A stretch of 32,000 bases of DNA from contig NZ_MPKA01000064.1 in NCBI RefSeq assembly GCF_001945605.1, positions 1 through 32,000 of the forward strand. The letters are read 5' to 3'. This document shows positions 23,056 to 32,000 of this stretch, piece by piece. Below the pieces are notes generated by a model. It was not told the DNA's origin and ran no database searches. It saw nothing but the letters and a program-made list of their open reading frames with translations. Position numbers and translations under genes: made by a program. Every line of letters starts with the position of its first letter. Within the stretch, counting starts at the first letter, position 1. This DNA is from Dubosiella newyorkensis (lineage in GTDB: Bacteria; Bacillota_I; Bacilli_A; Erysipelotrichales; Erysipelotrichaceae).

Positions 23056-23607
23056 ATGAAAAAAAACGCGATCATATTATTAGCCGACGGATTTGAAGAA
23101 ATCGAAGCCATCACACCATATGATCTGCTCAATGAAGCAGGCGTTGAAACAAAACTCATTTCTGTTTCCGACGAAACGAATGTGACAGGAACTAACGGCC
23201 TGAAAGTCATTGCGGATGGACTGCTTAAAGAAATCGATACCAAAAAAGCCGATTGCTTGATCATTCCAGGAGGCGCTGGCTATCAGATCTTAAAAAAAGA
23301 GCAGAGCGTTCTCGATTTGATCCAATCTTTTGCCAAGCAACCCGATAAAGTCCTAGGAGCGATTTGCGCAGGCAGTTCGATTTTAGGCGAGCTCGGCATT
23401 TACCAAGGAAAAAACTATACTTGCGTTCCTGGCTTGAATGGCGATTTTGGCGGTCACTATGAAAAAGTTCACGCCGTGATCGATGGAAATCTAGTCACAG
23501 GAATTTCAGTCGGCGGCGCGATGGAATTTGCCTACGATCTTGTCGAAGTCCTCTGTTCTAAAGAAAAGAAAGAGGCGCTTGAGCGTCAAACGTGCACGAT
23601 CGTTTAA
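23056..23607 (+). CDS. DJ-1/PfpI/ThiJ-family protein
   Basis: The nucleophile-elbow motif AICAGSSIL is present, and the N-terminus ILLADGFEEIEAITPYDLL is typical. The RBS is AGAGGAGG. Confidence 0.8.
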   Translation: MKKNAIILLADGFEEIEAITPYDLLNEAGVETKLISVSDETNVTGTNGLKVIADGLLKEIDTKKADCLIIPGGAGYQILKKEQSVLDLIQSFAKQPDKVLGAICAGSSILGELGIYQGKNYTCVPGLNGDFGGHYEKVHAVIDGNLVTGISVGGAMEFAYDLVEVLCSKEKKEALERQTCTIV

Positions 23608-23629
23608 ACGATCACATTTCAATTCACTA

Positions 23630-23668
23630 AAAAAAGCCATGGATCATCCTAAGTTCCATGACTTTTTT
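23630..23668 (+). terminator. bidirectional terminator between the convergent DJ-1 and rloB-like genes (overlaps the rloB 3' end)
   Basis: The sequence reads AAAAAAGCCATGGA-N11-TCCATGAC-TTTTTT. Confidence 0.5.
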
Positions 23669-24285
23669 AGAATCGGGGCCCGCATTTCTTCTGGCAAATA
23701 GCAAGCCAATTCCAGCACAAGCTCAAATACATACGTGCAAGGCCTTGCTTGGGAAGGCCTTTTCTTTTGTTGTTGGAGGGCGAGCTTTTTCGCGCTTTGT
23801 ACAGCAAGATGCGGATCGCCGATCTTCAATACGATCTCGAAAAGATCCTGTTCCTGTTTTTTGTACGTTAAAAACCCGTGTTTGCGAAAGATCTTTTTTA
23901 ATAGCCGAATATATTCATCCCGATGAAACAAAGTTTGATAATAAGAAAAATGCAGCAAGATCCACAACTCGAAGCATTCGTTGCTCCAGGCGCATCGATA
24001 CGTGTTGCCGCCTTTTCGTTTTTGATCGAGTTCTTTAACTTTTTGGATCGTTTCATCAAAATTCTTGGCCACAAAATCATCCCGATCGAACACGAGCCAA
24101 ATATGACTTTGCTTGATCTCATTTTTTCGAATATAGTTTTGCGCGAGCTCCAAGATCCTCAGCGTTTCTTTTCCTAGTCCAAAGCAGTTGATCTTCACTT
24201 GTTCTGGATCGGCATATCGAACAAATCCTTCAAAATAATTGGGCTCCGTCTTTTTCCCTTCGCAAAAAATATAATACGTTTCCAT
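23644..24285 (-). CDS. RloB-like protein (Toprim-like, DUF found in abortive-infection/OLD-like pairs)
   Basis: The N-terminus YYIFCEGKKTEPNYFEGF, together with WLVFDRDDF and AWSNECFELWILLHF, matches the RloB signature blocks as I remember them. Confidence 0.65.
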   Translation of the reverse strand: METYYIFCEGKKTEPNYFEGFVRYADPEQVKINCFGLGKETLRILELAQNYIRKNEIKQSHIWLVFDRDDFVAKNFDETIQKVKELDQKRKGGNTYRCAWSNECFELWILLHFSYYQTLFHRDEYIRLLKKIFRKHGFLTYKKQEQDLFEIVLKIGDPHLAVQSAKKLALQQQKKRPSQARPCTYVFELVLELACYLPEEMRAPILKKSWNLG

Positions 24286-24288
24286 GGA

Positions 24289-25119
24289 CTATTGCGGCAT
24301 TCGTTCAGAATTCAGCTCCATATGGACGCTTCCTTCTTCGATCGTATATTGTGAGCCATAGACCCGTTCGATATAACTTCCATAATCCGCGCTCGCTTGC
24401 TCCGCTTCTGACATATACGCTTTTTCACCATAAATGTTTCGAGCCAAGATTTGCTCGCTTTCATTGATATCGGGAACAAGCACCATATAATAGATCGTCT
24501 TCTCTTCTCCATCTTCATTGGCTTTGATTTGAAACAAACCAATGAACTTATCGCTGTTGTCGATACTGTTGGACTTTAAAAAAGCGAAGTAGACGAGCTT
24601 TTGCTCAACGATCGAGCCGTTCGATTCAAAATTGAGGGCGTCATAGCTCAGCACCTCTTTTTTATGCGAACCGAGATACGAATCCATCGCTTCTTGCACT
24701 TTGAGCAAAAAGGAGCGATTCATCTCTTGGATCGAATCGATTCGATTTGGCAGTCCTTCGACAATAACTTCTTTATCAGGATTTACGATCTGAAAATGAT
24801 ATTGCTGCGCGAGAGCCTCGTCATAATGCGACTGGATATGGAGGACATCTCCATTGGATAAAGCTTCGTTGGGCTCGATCGTATAGGTGAGCGTATCATA
24901 AAACTCTTGGATCCTTTGATTGAGATCTTCTTCTCCTGATTTTGCCTCGACACTCGCCCTGCCATTTTCCCCTGAATAATACAGACGGATGTTCTTTGTG
25001 ACATCGAGCTCGATCGTCCGCAAGAAAAAGAAGTACGCCACTAAGATCAGCCCGACGCACATCAACAGCAAGGAAACTAAATAAATCGCTTTACTTTTGA
25101 TCGTTTCTTTGGAAATCAT
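24289..25119 (-). CDS. membrane-anchored hypothetical protein (single N-terminal TM)
   Basis: The 276-aa product has a TM segment (AIYLVSLLLMCVGLILVAYFFFL) followed by a soluble domain. It is packed between recG and the rloB-like gene. Confidence 0.5.
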   Translation of the reverse strand: MISKETIKSKAIYLVSLLLMCVGLILVAYFFFLRTIELDVTKNIRLYYSGENGRASVEAKSGEEDLNQRIQEFYDTLTYTIEPNEALSNGDVLHIQSHYDEALAQQYHFQIVNPDKEVIVEGLPNRIDSIQEMNRSFLLKVQEAMDSYLGSHKKEVLSYDALNFESNGSIVEQKLVYFAFLKSNSIDNSDKFIGLFQIKANEDGEEKTIYYMVLVPDINESEQILARNIYGEKAYMSEAEQASADYGSYIERVYGSQYTIEEGSVHMELNSERMPQ

Positions 25120-25130
25120 ACTCTCATCTC

Positions 25131-27113
25131 CTAATCAAAATATCGTGCATTTTTTATAGACCGTTCCACATAATCGAGCATCGGCTTGTCGACCTTGGCC
25201 TGCAAGATCTCTTTCGCGTCTTGCACACAGACTTCCATGATCGCAGGATCTTTTTCAAAATCGCCAAGGATGAAAGTCGGCAAGCCCGATTGACGCGTTC
25301 CTAGCAAGTCACCTGGCCCACGAGATTGTAGATCATAAGCCGAGATCGCAAACCCATCATTCAGGCTCTCTAGCTTCTTCAAACGCTCGATCGCTTCTGG
25401 ATCCTTCGTTTTCGACAACAAAAAACAAACCCCTTGTTCTTTGCCTCTCGCGCTTCTTCCCCGAAGCTGATGGAGCGTGGACAAGCCAAAGCGGTGGGCG
25501 TCATAAATGACCATCATCGTCGCGTTAGGAACATCGATCCCTACCTCGATGACGGTCGTCGAGACGAGCAGATCGATCTCATGATCCGCAAAACGCTGCA
25601 TGATCTCCTCTTTCTCTTCCGCCTTCATCCGTCCATGCAATAAAGCCACCCGATATTTTGAAGGTAGCGTTTTGAGCATGCCTTCATACACTGTCGTGAC
25701 TGATTTTAGATTCGTCTCTAAATTCTCGTCGATCATCGGACACACCACATAGCACTGCCTTCCCGTATCGATCCCCGAAAGGATCTCTTTCAAGATCGGT
25801 TTCATGCTTGAAGTAGGCACATACTTTGTCTTGACCGGCTTTCTGCCTGGCGGCATCGTCTTGATCGATGAAAGTCGGATATCTCCATACAAAAAGTGGG
25901 CATACGTTCTTGGAATCGGCGTAGCGGACATCATCAAAAAGTCGACATTCGCTCCTTTTTCCAACAGCGCCCTTCGCTGATTGACCCCAAAGCGCTGCTG
26001 TTCGTCCGTCACGACAAGTCCAAGATTTTCAAAATTGACTTTTTCTTGAAACAAAGCGTGCGTGCCAACGACCATCCGAACATCTCCCGACTCCAAGCCA
26101 GAAAGGACTTCTTTTTTTTCTTTGGCCGGCAAAGAAGAGACGAGAAGCTTGATCGGAAGACCGAGCTTTTGCATCGTGGCATAGTGCTGACGAGCCAAGA
26201 TCTCGGTAGGCGCAAGAAAAGCGCTTTGATATCCTGCTAGATCGCATGCCATGATCGAAAACATGCCTACAACCGTTTTCCCGCTTCCAACATCCCCTTG
26301 CACCATACGGTACATGATAGTGTCTGATCTAAGATCGCGGATCACATCCTGTATTGCTTTATTTTGATCTTCCGTGAGCGGAAAAGGAAGCGAATCGATC
26401 TTTTCCTGGATCACGCTTTCATCGAACACTTTCGCTTCTTTGCCAATATTTTGTACTTGCTGGCCTTGCACACAGCATTGAAAACATAAAAACTCCTCAT
26501 ACTTCAAAGTCCGGATCGCTTGATGCAGTTGCGCAAAGGAGCGTGGAAAATGGATCCATTCATACGCTTGCTTTTGTGAAAGGAGCCGATACTTTTCTCG
26601 ATATCTTTGCGGGATCAGATCCGGGATCTCGTCGACTTTTTTCAAAGCTGCTTTGATGCTCGCGCTCATATCGCTTGGCTTCATCGCTTTGCTCAGCGAA
26701 TAAACAGGCTTCAATCCTGTTTGCTCTCGAAGCGGCTTTAAATTGTAGTTGCTGGCAACAAGCTTGTTGTTGCCTTGATAATGGCCAAAAAGCGTGATCG
26801 GATTTCCAAATTGAAACTGCGAGATCCAAGGCCGATTGAATAAACTCACTTCGATCTCTTCATTCCACGCGATGATCCGAAACTTGACCATAGAACGGTT
26901 TTTTCCAAGACGGATCAATGTGGGCTTGGAGGCGATCAAGCCTTCGACAGCGACCATTTCATTAACCTCCCATTTATCGAAAGGGATCGCTTGAATATCC
27001 TCGTAGCGGAACGGATACGTTTTGAGCAGGTCTTCCACCGTATGGATATTCATCTTTGTCAAAAGGCCAAACCGCCTAGCGGTGAGCTTGAGTTCGCTTA
27101 GTTCCATAGGCAT
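25131..27113 (-). CDS. recG: ATP-dependent DNA helicase RecG (start uncertain: TTG 27140, ATG 27113 or ATG 27107)
   Basis: The wedge-domain N-terminus reads TVEDLLKTYPFRYED. Helicase motifs are GDVGSGKT (motif I), TDEQQRFG (motif II), MSATPIPRT, and LHQLRGRSARG with the TRG-like motif QSGLPTFILGDF. Confidence 0.85.
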   Translation of the reverse strand: MPMELSELKLTARRFGLLTKMNIHTVEDLLKTYPFRYEDIQAIPFDKWEVNEMVAVEGLIASKPTLIRLGKNRSMVKFRIIAWNEEIEVSLFNRPWISQFQFGNPITLFGHYQGNNKLVASNYNLKPLREQTGLKPVYSLSKAMKPSDMSASIKAALKKVDEIPDLIPQRYREKYRLLSQKQAYEWIHFPRSFAQLHQAIRTLKYEEFLCFQCCVQGQQVQNIGKEAKVFDESVIQEKIDSLPFPLTEDQNKAIQDVIRDLRSDTIMYRMVQGDVGSGKTVVGMFSIMACDLAGYQSAFLAPTEILARQHYATMQKLGLPIKLLVSSLPAKEKKEVLSGLESGDVRMVVGTHALFQEKVNFENLGLVVTDEQQRFGVNQRRALLEKGANVDFLMMSATPIPRTYAHFLYGDIRLSSIKTMPPGRKPVKTKYVPTSSMKPILKEILSGIDTGRQCYVVCPMIDENLETNLKSVTTVYEGMLKTLPSKYRVALLHGRMKAEEKEEIMQRFADHEIDLLVSTTVIEVGIDVPNATMMVIYDAHRFGLSTLHQLRGRSARGKEQGVCFLLSKTKDPEAIERLKKLESLNDGFAISAYDLQSRGPGDLLGTRQSGLPTFILGDFEKDPAIMEVCVQDAKEILQAKVDKPMLDYVERSIKNARYFD

Positions 27114-27891
27114 TACACTTCTCTTGAATGAAGGCGACAAAGTTGAGCTCTAAATACGCGTATAAAAAACCAATCATAAATAAGAAAAAAAGGATCATGA
27201 ACATTTGCCCGAGCGGAAGGTTGGCCGCCATCGCCAAAAAAAGACTCATCATCCAAGAAAACATCGGATTGCCCACGTATAAAAGAGAATGCACGATCAC
27301 AGGCACATTAAATCCACCCGCTAAAGAAAGCGTCCCTCCACTGAGCGTATCGATCGCCATCATGAACAACAACATAGCGCAATACATATTCAAGATCACT
27401 TTATAATGCGCTTTGAAGACCCCAAAAATATAGGTCTTGATCTCTTGAAAGCTCCGTTTTCCCATAAACAACGCATAATAATACACAAGCTGGAATGGGA
27501 TCATAAAGATCAAGAAAAAGACGGAAACTAGCTGCATGAACACCATGAGCCACATTTGATTTTGTTCGATCGCGACTAGGGCGAGAGGAATCAAAAGCGC
27601 AGAGACTAGCAAGATATAGATCCCCTGCAAGATCAAGACGCGCAAAAGAGTGCCAAAATCTAGTTTTTCTTTCTGACTCGTCCAAACTTTCGTACAGATC
27701 CAATACATTCCGATCGAAGACAGTAAAGACAACACGACCTGGATAGCGTAGACACTGCGCGAAGAAAGTTGCGAAGAATACGTAAATAGATAGACTAAAT
27801 TGTATAAAAAAGACAAAACGATCGTCCAGATCAGCGCCTTCCAGATCGAGTAGATGTGAAAATGCGAAAAAAACGACTGCATATTTTTCAT
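27076..27891 (-). CDS. polytopic membrane protein, hypothetical
   Basis: The 271-aa product has about 7 hydrophobic helices. An AAGGAGA RBS lies upstream. Confidence 0.55.
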   Translation of the reverse strand: MKNMQSFFSHFHIYSIWKALIWTIVLSFLYNLVYLFTYSSQLSSRSVYAIQVVLSLLSSIGMYWICTKVWTSQKEKLDFGTLLRVLILQGIYILLVSALLIPLALVAIEQNQMWLMVFMQLVSVFFLIFMIPFQLVYYYALFMGKRSFQEIKTYIFGVFKAHYKVILNMYCAMLLFMMAIDTLSGGTLSLAGGFNVPVIVHSLLYVGNPMFSWMMSLFLAMAANLPLGQMFMILFFLFMIGFLYAYLELNFVAFIQEKCNAYGTKRTQAHR

Positions 27892-27919
27892 AAAAATCTC
27901 CTTATTTCTTTATTTTACC

Positions 27920-28672
27920 TCACTTTCTTTTTCCAAGCAAAAGAGCGAACGAATCGTATTGATGCCCGATGCTCAGATCGATCTCGATCGGCTTTGGACA
28001 ATAACGCTTCGCGATCTGAAGAAGCGTGTTTTCATTGTTGTAGTGCAAGAATTCGCTGAAATTCCCTAAAATCAGCCGATCGATCTGCTCAAAAACGCCC
28101 ATTTCAGCCAATTGCGCAAAATAGCTTTCGATCCTTTCCTGCTTGCCTGAATAGCTTTCTAAAAAAAGATGACCTCCATGCACGTCTGGAAAATAAGGCG
28201 TTCCTGCCAACTTTAAAAAGCAGCGCACATTTCCTCCTACCAGACGATCAGAATATTTGATCAGATCCTCGTTTTTATGAAATAAAAAATCGAGCAGCTC
28301 TTTGCTTTTTCCATGATTGCAAATCTGATAGAGAATCGTTTCTTTATAAGGAAGCAGCGCGTTGAGAACGCAAGTCACATCGCTATATCCCATAAAGATC
28401 GTGCGCGAATTTTTATAAGCGGCAAGATCCAAATACGGAAGTGTCGTATTCGCAAGATCTCCGCCCGATACATCGCAAATATAATCGAATGTATCTTCTT
28501 TGATCCAAGCGTTGAATACATCTGCCTTTTCTTTAGGAGAAGCGAGCGGATCGTACAAGTGTTTGGAGACGCTGACTTGGATCGAGTGGCGCTGAAGAAA
28601 ATCGATCGTTTCCGTGATCGGGTACGAGAGAGCGTTGGATAAATTCAATAAACCAATTTTTAGAGTTTTCAT
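27920..28672 (-). CDS. LD-carboxypeptidase (peptidase S66 family), a short form
   Basis: VSGGDLANTTLPYLD and FMGYSDVTCVLNAL (Ser nucleophile) are present, with the C-terminal LSIGHQYDSFALLLG supplying the His. At 250 aa it is shorter than typical LdcA/MccF proteins. Confidence 0.65.
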   Translation of the reverse strand: MKTLKIGLLNLSNALSYPITETIDFLQRHSIQVSVSKHLYDPLASPKEKADVFNAWIKEDTFDYICDVSGGDLANTTLPYLDLAAYKNSRTIFMGYSDVTCVLNALLPYKETILYQICNHGKSKELLDFLFHKNEDLIKYSDRLVGGNVRCFLKLAGTPYFPDVHGGHLFLESYSGKQERIESYFAQLAEMGVFEQIDRLILGNFSEFLHYNNENTLLQIAKRYCPKPIEIDLSIGHQYDSFALLLGKRK

Positions 28673-28731
28673 ATATTTTTCCTTCTTTTTCTCTATAATT
28701 ATAAACGTAAAACAGAAAGGAGTCTTTGAGG

Positions 28732-29793
28732 ATGAGTAATGACTTTCAAAAGACAGTGATCAAATTTTCGAACGCCTTTGGCCCTAGCGGCATGGAAGAA
28801 GAGGTCCAATCGATCGTCAAGGAACGCTTTACGATCGAGACGGATACGATCCAAAATACGTTCGTATTTTTGAACGAGAAAGAAGGCCTTCCGACTTTGC
28901 TTCTAGACGCCCATGCAGATGAGGTCGGATTTATGGTCCAATCGATTTTAGAAAATGGACGGTTGAGTTTTTTGCCTATTGGAGGGTGGGATCCGAGCAA
29001 TATCGTATCGTGTCCGGTAAAGATCAAAACCAAAAAAGGCTTTGTATCCGGAATCGTCGCGAGCATTCCTCCCCACTTTATGCGCGAAGATCAAAAAGGG
29101 CGCAAGATCGATTTTGACGATCTAGTGATCGATGTTGGAACGAGCTATAAAGAAGAGAGCATCGCTCTAGGCATCGAGCCTGGAGATTTTATCGTGCCCG
29201 ATGTTCAATGTGACTATATTCCTAGTCTTCAAGTATTCAAAGGCAAGGCGTTCGATTGCCGCATCGGATGCGCCGCCCTTTTCGAAACATTAAAGATCTT
29301 AGAGAATAAGGAGCTTCCTGTAAATGTGATCGGTTTGTTTTCAGCCCAAGAAGAAGTGGGAGAACGTGGCATAGAATGCGCGCTTCAAAAGATCCATCCC
29401 CAGCTAGCGATCTGTTTTGAAGGATGTCCTAGCGATGATACATTTGAAGCAAAAGACAAGATCCAGTCCGCGATGGCTAAAGGCGTGATGCTTCGGGCGA
29501 TGGATCGCAGCATGATCACGCATCCAAAATGGCAACGCTACGCTCTTGAGACCGCGAAGAAATACGATATTCCTTATCAAGTCGCTGTACGCAAAGGGGG
29601 CGGAACGAATGGAGGCATCTTGCATGTTCATGATATTCCCACGATCGTCATCGGGATTCCAGTCCGGTATGCGCACGCGAGCGTAGGCTTTTGCTCCGAA
29701 AAAGATCTCGAGGGAGCGATCGAGCTCGCTTGTCAGATTGCATTGAGCCTCGATAGAAAAGCGCTTCAAGCACTAGGCGTACTTCCCGACTAG
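28732..29793 (+). CDS. M42-family metallo-aminopeptidase (FrvX/YsdC-like)
   Basis: Motifs are LLLDAHADEVGFMV, FDCRIGCAAL and SAQEEVGERG. AAAGGAG lies 9 nt upstream of the ATG at 28732. Confidence 0.8.
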   Translation: MSNDFQKTVIKFSNAFGPSGMEEEVQSIVKERFTIETDTIQNTFVFLNEKEGLPTLLLDAHADEVGFMVQSILENGRLSFLPIGGWDPSNIVSCPVKIKTKKGFVSGIVASIPPHFMREDQKGRKIDFDDLVIDVGTSYKEESIALGIEPGDFIVPDVQCDYIPSLQVFKGKAFDCRIGCAALFETLKILENKELPVNVIGLFSAQEEVGERGIECALQKIHPQLAICFEGCPSDDTFEAKDKIQSAMAKGVMLRAMDRSMITHPKWQRYALETAKKYDIPYQVAVRKGGGTNGGILHVHDIPTIVIGIPVRYAHASVGFCSEKDLEGAIELACQIALSLDRKALQALGVLPD

Positions 29794-29827
29794 AATCATG
29801 GTATGATGCTCGAAAAGGAGGAATAGG

Positions 29828-30313
29828 ATGAAAAAGAAAAAAGTTGTCATCAAAATGAAAGATGGGAAAGAAATGGTTGGAGAATTATATCCAGAAATTG
29901 CTCCAAAAACAGTCGAAAACTTTGAAAAGCTCGCCAATGAAGGCTTCTATGATGGTTTGACGTTCCATCGGATCATTCCTGGATTCATGATCCAAGGCGG
30001 TGATCCAAAAGGAAATGGTACTGGCGGTCCTGGCTATACGATTCCTGGCGAATTCAATTCGAATGGTTTTAAAAACGATTTGAAGCATACTCGCGGCATC
30101 TTATCGATGGCTAGAGCGATGGATCCAAACTCCGCAGGCAGTCAATTCTTTATCATGCATGCAGACGCCCCTCATCTCGATGGGGATTATGCTGGTTTTG
30201 GCTTGATCACAGAAGGCTTAGATGAACTTGATGCGATCGCAGGCACGCCAACAGATTGGCAAGATCGTCCAAAAAAGCCTCAAGTGATCGAATCGATCCG
30301 GGTCGAGGACTAA
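29828..30313 (+). CDS. ppiB: cyclophilin-type peptidyl-prolyl cis-trans isomerase
   Basis: Motifs are [22 protein letters not shown] and [17 protein letters not shown]. Confidence 0.85.
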   Translation: MKKKKVVIKMKDGKEMVGELYPEIAPKTVENFEKLANEGFYDGLTFHRIIPGFMIQGGDPKGNGTGGPGYTIPGEFNSNGFKNDLKHTRGILSMARAMDPNSAGSQFFIMHADAPHLDGDYAGFGLITEGLDELDAIAGTPTDWQDRPKKPQVIESIRVED

Positions 30314-30742
30314 ATGAATCAAGAAGAGCTTAAATCCAAACTGAGCCCTGAGCAGTTCGAAGTCACTCAGCATGGGGCTACCGAACGCCCATTTACTGGA
30401 GAATACAACGATCATTTTGAAAAAGGGATCTATGTCGATGTCGTCGATGGTTCCCCGCTCTTTGTATCGAGCGATAAATTCGAATCGGGCTGTGGCTGGC
30501 CTGCTTTTTCAAAACCGATCGATCAAGACGCATTGATCGGTCTTGAAGATCGAAGCCATGGCATGCATCGAATCGAAGTGCGAAGCAAGCGCGCCGATTC
30601 GCATTTAGGGCATGTGTTCAATGATGGTCCTAAAGAGTCGGGTGGTCTTCGCTTCTGTATCAATTCAGCGGCCTTGCGCTTTATTCCTCTAGATCAAATG
30701 GAACAAGAAGGGTATGGAAAATATATCCCGCTCGTGAAATAA
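30314..30742 (+). CDS. msrB: peptide-methionine (R)-S-oxide reductase
   Basis: Motifs are [18 protein letters not shown] and the catalytic RFCINS. The start abuts the ppiB stop. Confidence 0.9.
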   Translation: MNQEELKSKLSPEQFEVTQHGATERPFTGEYNDHFEKGIYVDVVDGSPLFVSSDKFESGCGWPAFSKPIDQDALIGLEDRSHGMHRIEVRSKRADSHLGHVFNDGPKESGGLRFCINSAALRFIPLDQMEQEGYGKYIPLVK

Positions 30743-30747
30743 AAACG

Positions 30748-31230
30748 ATGAAAGAAGTGATCGAGGCGATCCGTCAAGTCAATCAAGAACGCGACTGGGA
30801 TCAATTTCATACGCCCGAAAATCTAGCCAAATCGATCGTGATCGAGGCGGCCGAGCTTTTGGAGTGTTTCCAATGGAAAAGCGATTATGACTCAAAACAA
30901 GAGGTGGAAGAAGAGATCGCAGACGTTTTATCGTATTGTTTGCAGTTGTGCGATGTCTTAGATCTCGATCCAAGAGAGATCGTCCTTAAAAAGCTCGAAA
31001 AAACGGTCCATTTTTATATGAACCGTTTTTTTATTGCTCGTTTTTTTGTTGATTCCGATACGCTTCTTCCCACTCGGTCGGGACGCTTGAATCGACACCT
31101 TGTTCTAAGACGCTTGCGTGTTCGAGCGTTTCGAAAATCAAAAACAACATATATTGATCAAATGTCAAACCAAGAGAATTGGCTTTCTCTTTTAAAAATT
31201 GGACGTGGAATTGTTCTTCGCTCATCATAA
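30748..31230 (+). CDS. MazG-like nucleotide pyrophosphohydrolase (DCTPP1/YpjD-like) with an aberrant long C-terminal extension
   Basis: The N-terminal 85 aa are canonical: RDWDQFHTPENLAKSIVIEAAELLECFQW...EEEIADVLSYCLQLCDVLDLD...KKLEK. After LEK the expected N..KYP tail is missing, and the frame runs about 70 codons, Arg-rich, antisense through a convergent small ORF. Confidence 0.6.
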   Translation: MKEVIEAIRQVNQERDWDQFHTPENLAKSIVIEAAELLECFQWKSDYDSKQEVEEEIADVLSYCLQLCDVLDLDPREIVLKKLEKTVHFYMNRFFIARFFVDSDTLLPTRSGRLNRHLVLRRLRVRAFRKSKTTYIDQMSNQENWLSLLKIGRGIVLRSS

Positions 31231-31237
31231 GTAGCAT
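31031..31237 (-). CDS. small hypothetical protein (about 65 aa; probable start at the ATG at 31228)
   Basis: AAAGGAG lies upstream. The product (MMSEEQFHVQFLKEKANSLGLTFDQYMLFLIFETLEH...) has a protein-like composition, unlike the overlapping plus-strand extension. Confidence 0.45.
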   Translation of the reverse strand: MLLMMSEEQFHVQFLKEKANSLGLTFDQYMLFLIFETLEHASVLEQGVDSSVPTEWEEAYRNQQKNEQ

Positions 31238-31299
31238 ATCTCCTTTAATGGCTATACAGTACCTAAATCGATTTCAAAATGCGAACCGTTTGCCTGCCA

Positions 31300-32000
31300 T
31301 TATTTATAGACCGCCCACGCGTAGCTCGTTTCTGAAAGGACCGTGTTCTTGTCCCAATTCCGCGTGTTTTTATTCGAGTTCGGATCAAGCACGTGATATT
31401 CTCCATTCTCGAGCGCGTTGACGACGATAAAGTGACCGACCCGGGTAAAATGGCCTGGCGCTACAGAAAGAAGCAGCGTCTTGCCTTGCGAAAGCGTCTC
31501 GTCAAAGGAAGCCTCGCTGATCGGAATGCTTTCAATATGAATGCCATATTGGCTGGCCGCCGCGTCAAGAAGCGCATGCGAAGTCCCTACACCATCCACA
31601 AAATAGCCATTGTCTTGCGAAAATTTAGCGAGCGCGTAAGGGGTGATAGAGGGATCTTGATTCAAATAAGAAAAGATCATCGCCAAACTTGTCGGCGCGC
31701 ATCCTGCGAACACGATATTCGAGCTTCCATATGGAAGATAGCCCCACCTCTCGTCCCATTGCAGAAGGTGAGGCATCGAATCCAGCGATTCTGTCAAGTT
31801 TCCTGGTTCTGGCGTATGGCCATTCAATGTGTGGTATTTTTCGACAAAAGGAAGACGGTCGGTATCGCGGCTTAAAAAGACAAGATAATCATCGGCAAGT
31901 TCTTGATCGTCATATAGCTTTTTATAACGAAGTCCATCTGTGGCTGGATCGAGTTTTGTATAGCGGGCAAGATCTTCTTTCGAGATCCAATTCTTGTTTT
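31300..32000 (-). CDS. papain-like C39_2/YvpB-like cysteine peptidase domain protein, 5'-partial (open to the window end)
   Basis: QWDERWGYLPYG and GCAPTSLAMIFSY (catalytic Cys context) are present, with GHFIVV supplying the His. The frame stays open upstream of the track start at 31827 all the way to position 32000. Confidence 0.7.
   Translation of the reverse strand, partial: NKNWISKEDLARYTKLDPATDGLRYKKLYDDQELADDYLVFLSRDTDRLPFVEKYHTLNGHTPEPGNLTESLDSMPHLLQWDERWGYLPYGSSNIVFAGCAPTSLAMIFSYLNQDPSITPYALAKFSQDNGYFVDGVGTSHALLDAAASQYGIHIESIPISEASFDETLSQGKTLLLSVAPGHFTRVGHFIVVNALENGEYHVLDPNSNKNTRNWDKNTVLSETSYAWAVYK

Noticed and set aside
23658-24177. Plus-strand ORFs antisense to the rloB-like gene, and 23001..23264(-) antisense to DJ-1
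   Set aside because: They are shadow ORFs. The opposite strand carries recognisable family motifs.
25434-26829. Several ORFs in both orientations inside recG
   Set aside because: recG helicase motifs define the true frame. The others are Arg/Ser-rich shadows.
1-32000. Search for CRISPR arrays, tRNA/rRNA genes and long tandem repeats
   Set aside because: Reading through the intergenic regions, I saw no regularly spaced direct repeats of 25-40 bp, no cloverleaf-like segments and no rRNA-like stretches. The largest non-coding gaps (10360-10850, 17246-17589, 22177-22575) contain only the short motifs reported above.

Overview
The window looks like a low-GC Gram-positive (Bacillota-like) chromosome, with strong AGGAGG-type RBSs and ATGA-coupled operons. 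It has two compositionally distinct parts.

(1) About 10.85-32 kb is native-looking DNA, mid-40s %GC on spot counts and strikingly GATC-rich. It carries housekeeping and accessory genes:
- a PTS-EIIB::ROK-like fusion
- a tetR plus two-membrane-protein operon, divergent from a heterodimeric ABC exporter
- a murF::ddl fusion, alr and acyltransferase-3 operon
- HIT and DJ-1 family genes, an orphan RloB, and recG
- an LD-carboxypeptidase, an M42 peptidase, a cyclophilin, msrB, a MazG-like gene and a C39-like peptidase

(2) About 1.36-10.4 kb is a roughly 9 kb island of about 30 %GC with ordinary GATC density. On the left it is bounded by a partial IS3 element that has truncated a CHAP-SH3b lysin gene. 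On the right it is bounded by a small serine recombinase.

The island holds the most interesting locus, a minus-strand operon:
- an unannotated 52-aa Cys/Trp/Tyr-rich peptide ORF (7253-7411), followed by a hairpin
- a radical-SAM/SPASM enzyme with no room for an N-terminal RRE
- an APH-fold kinase
- a 294-aa protein whose strand pattern fits an ABBA prenyltransferase barrel
- a 190-aa helical orphan
- a bona fide type-1 IPP isomerase
- a membrane protein

I read this as a candidate undescribed RiPP pathway that combines radical-SAM crosslinking with prenylation fed by a dedicated DMAPP supply, and possibly phosphorylation. All functional calls come from motif reading by eye. No database search was run.
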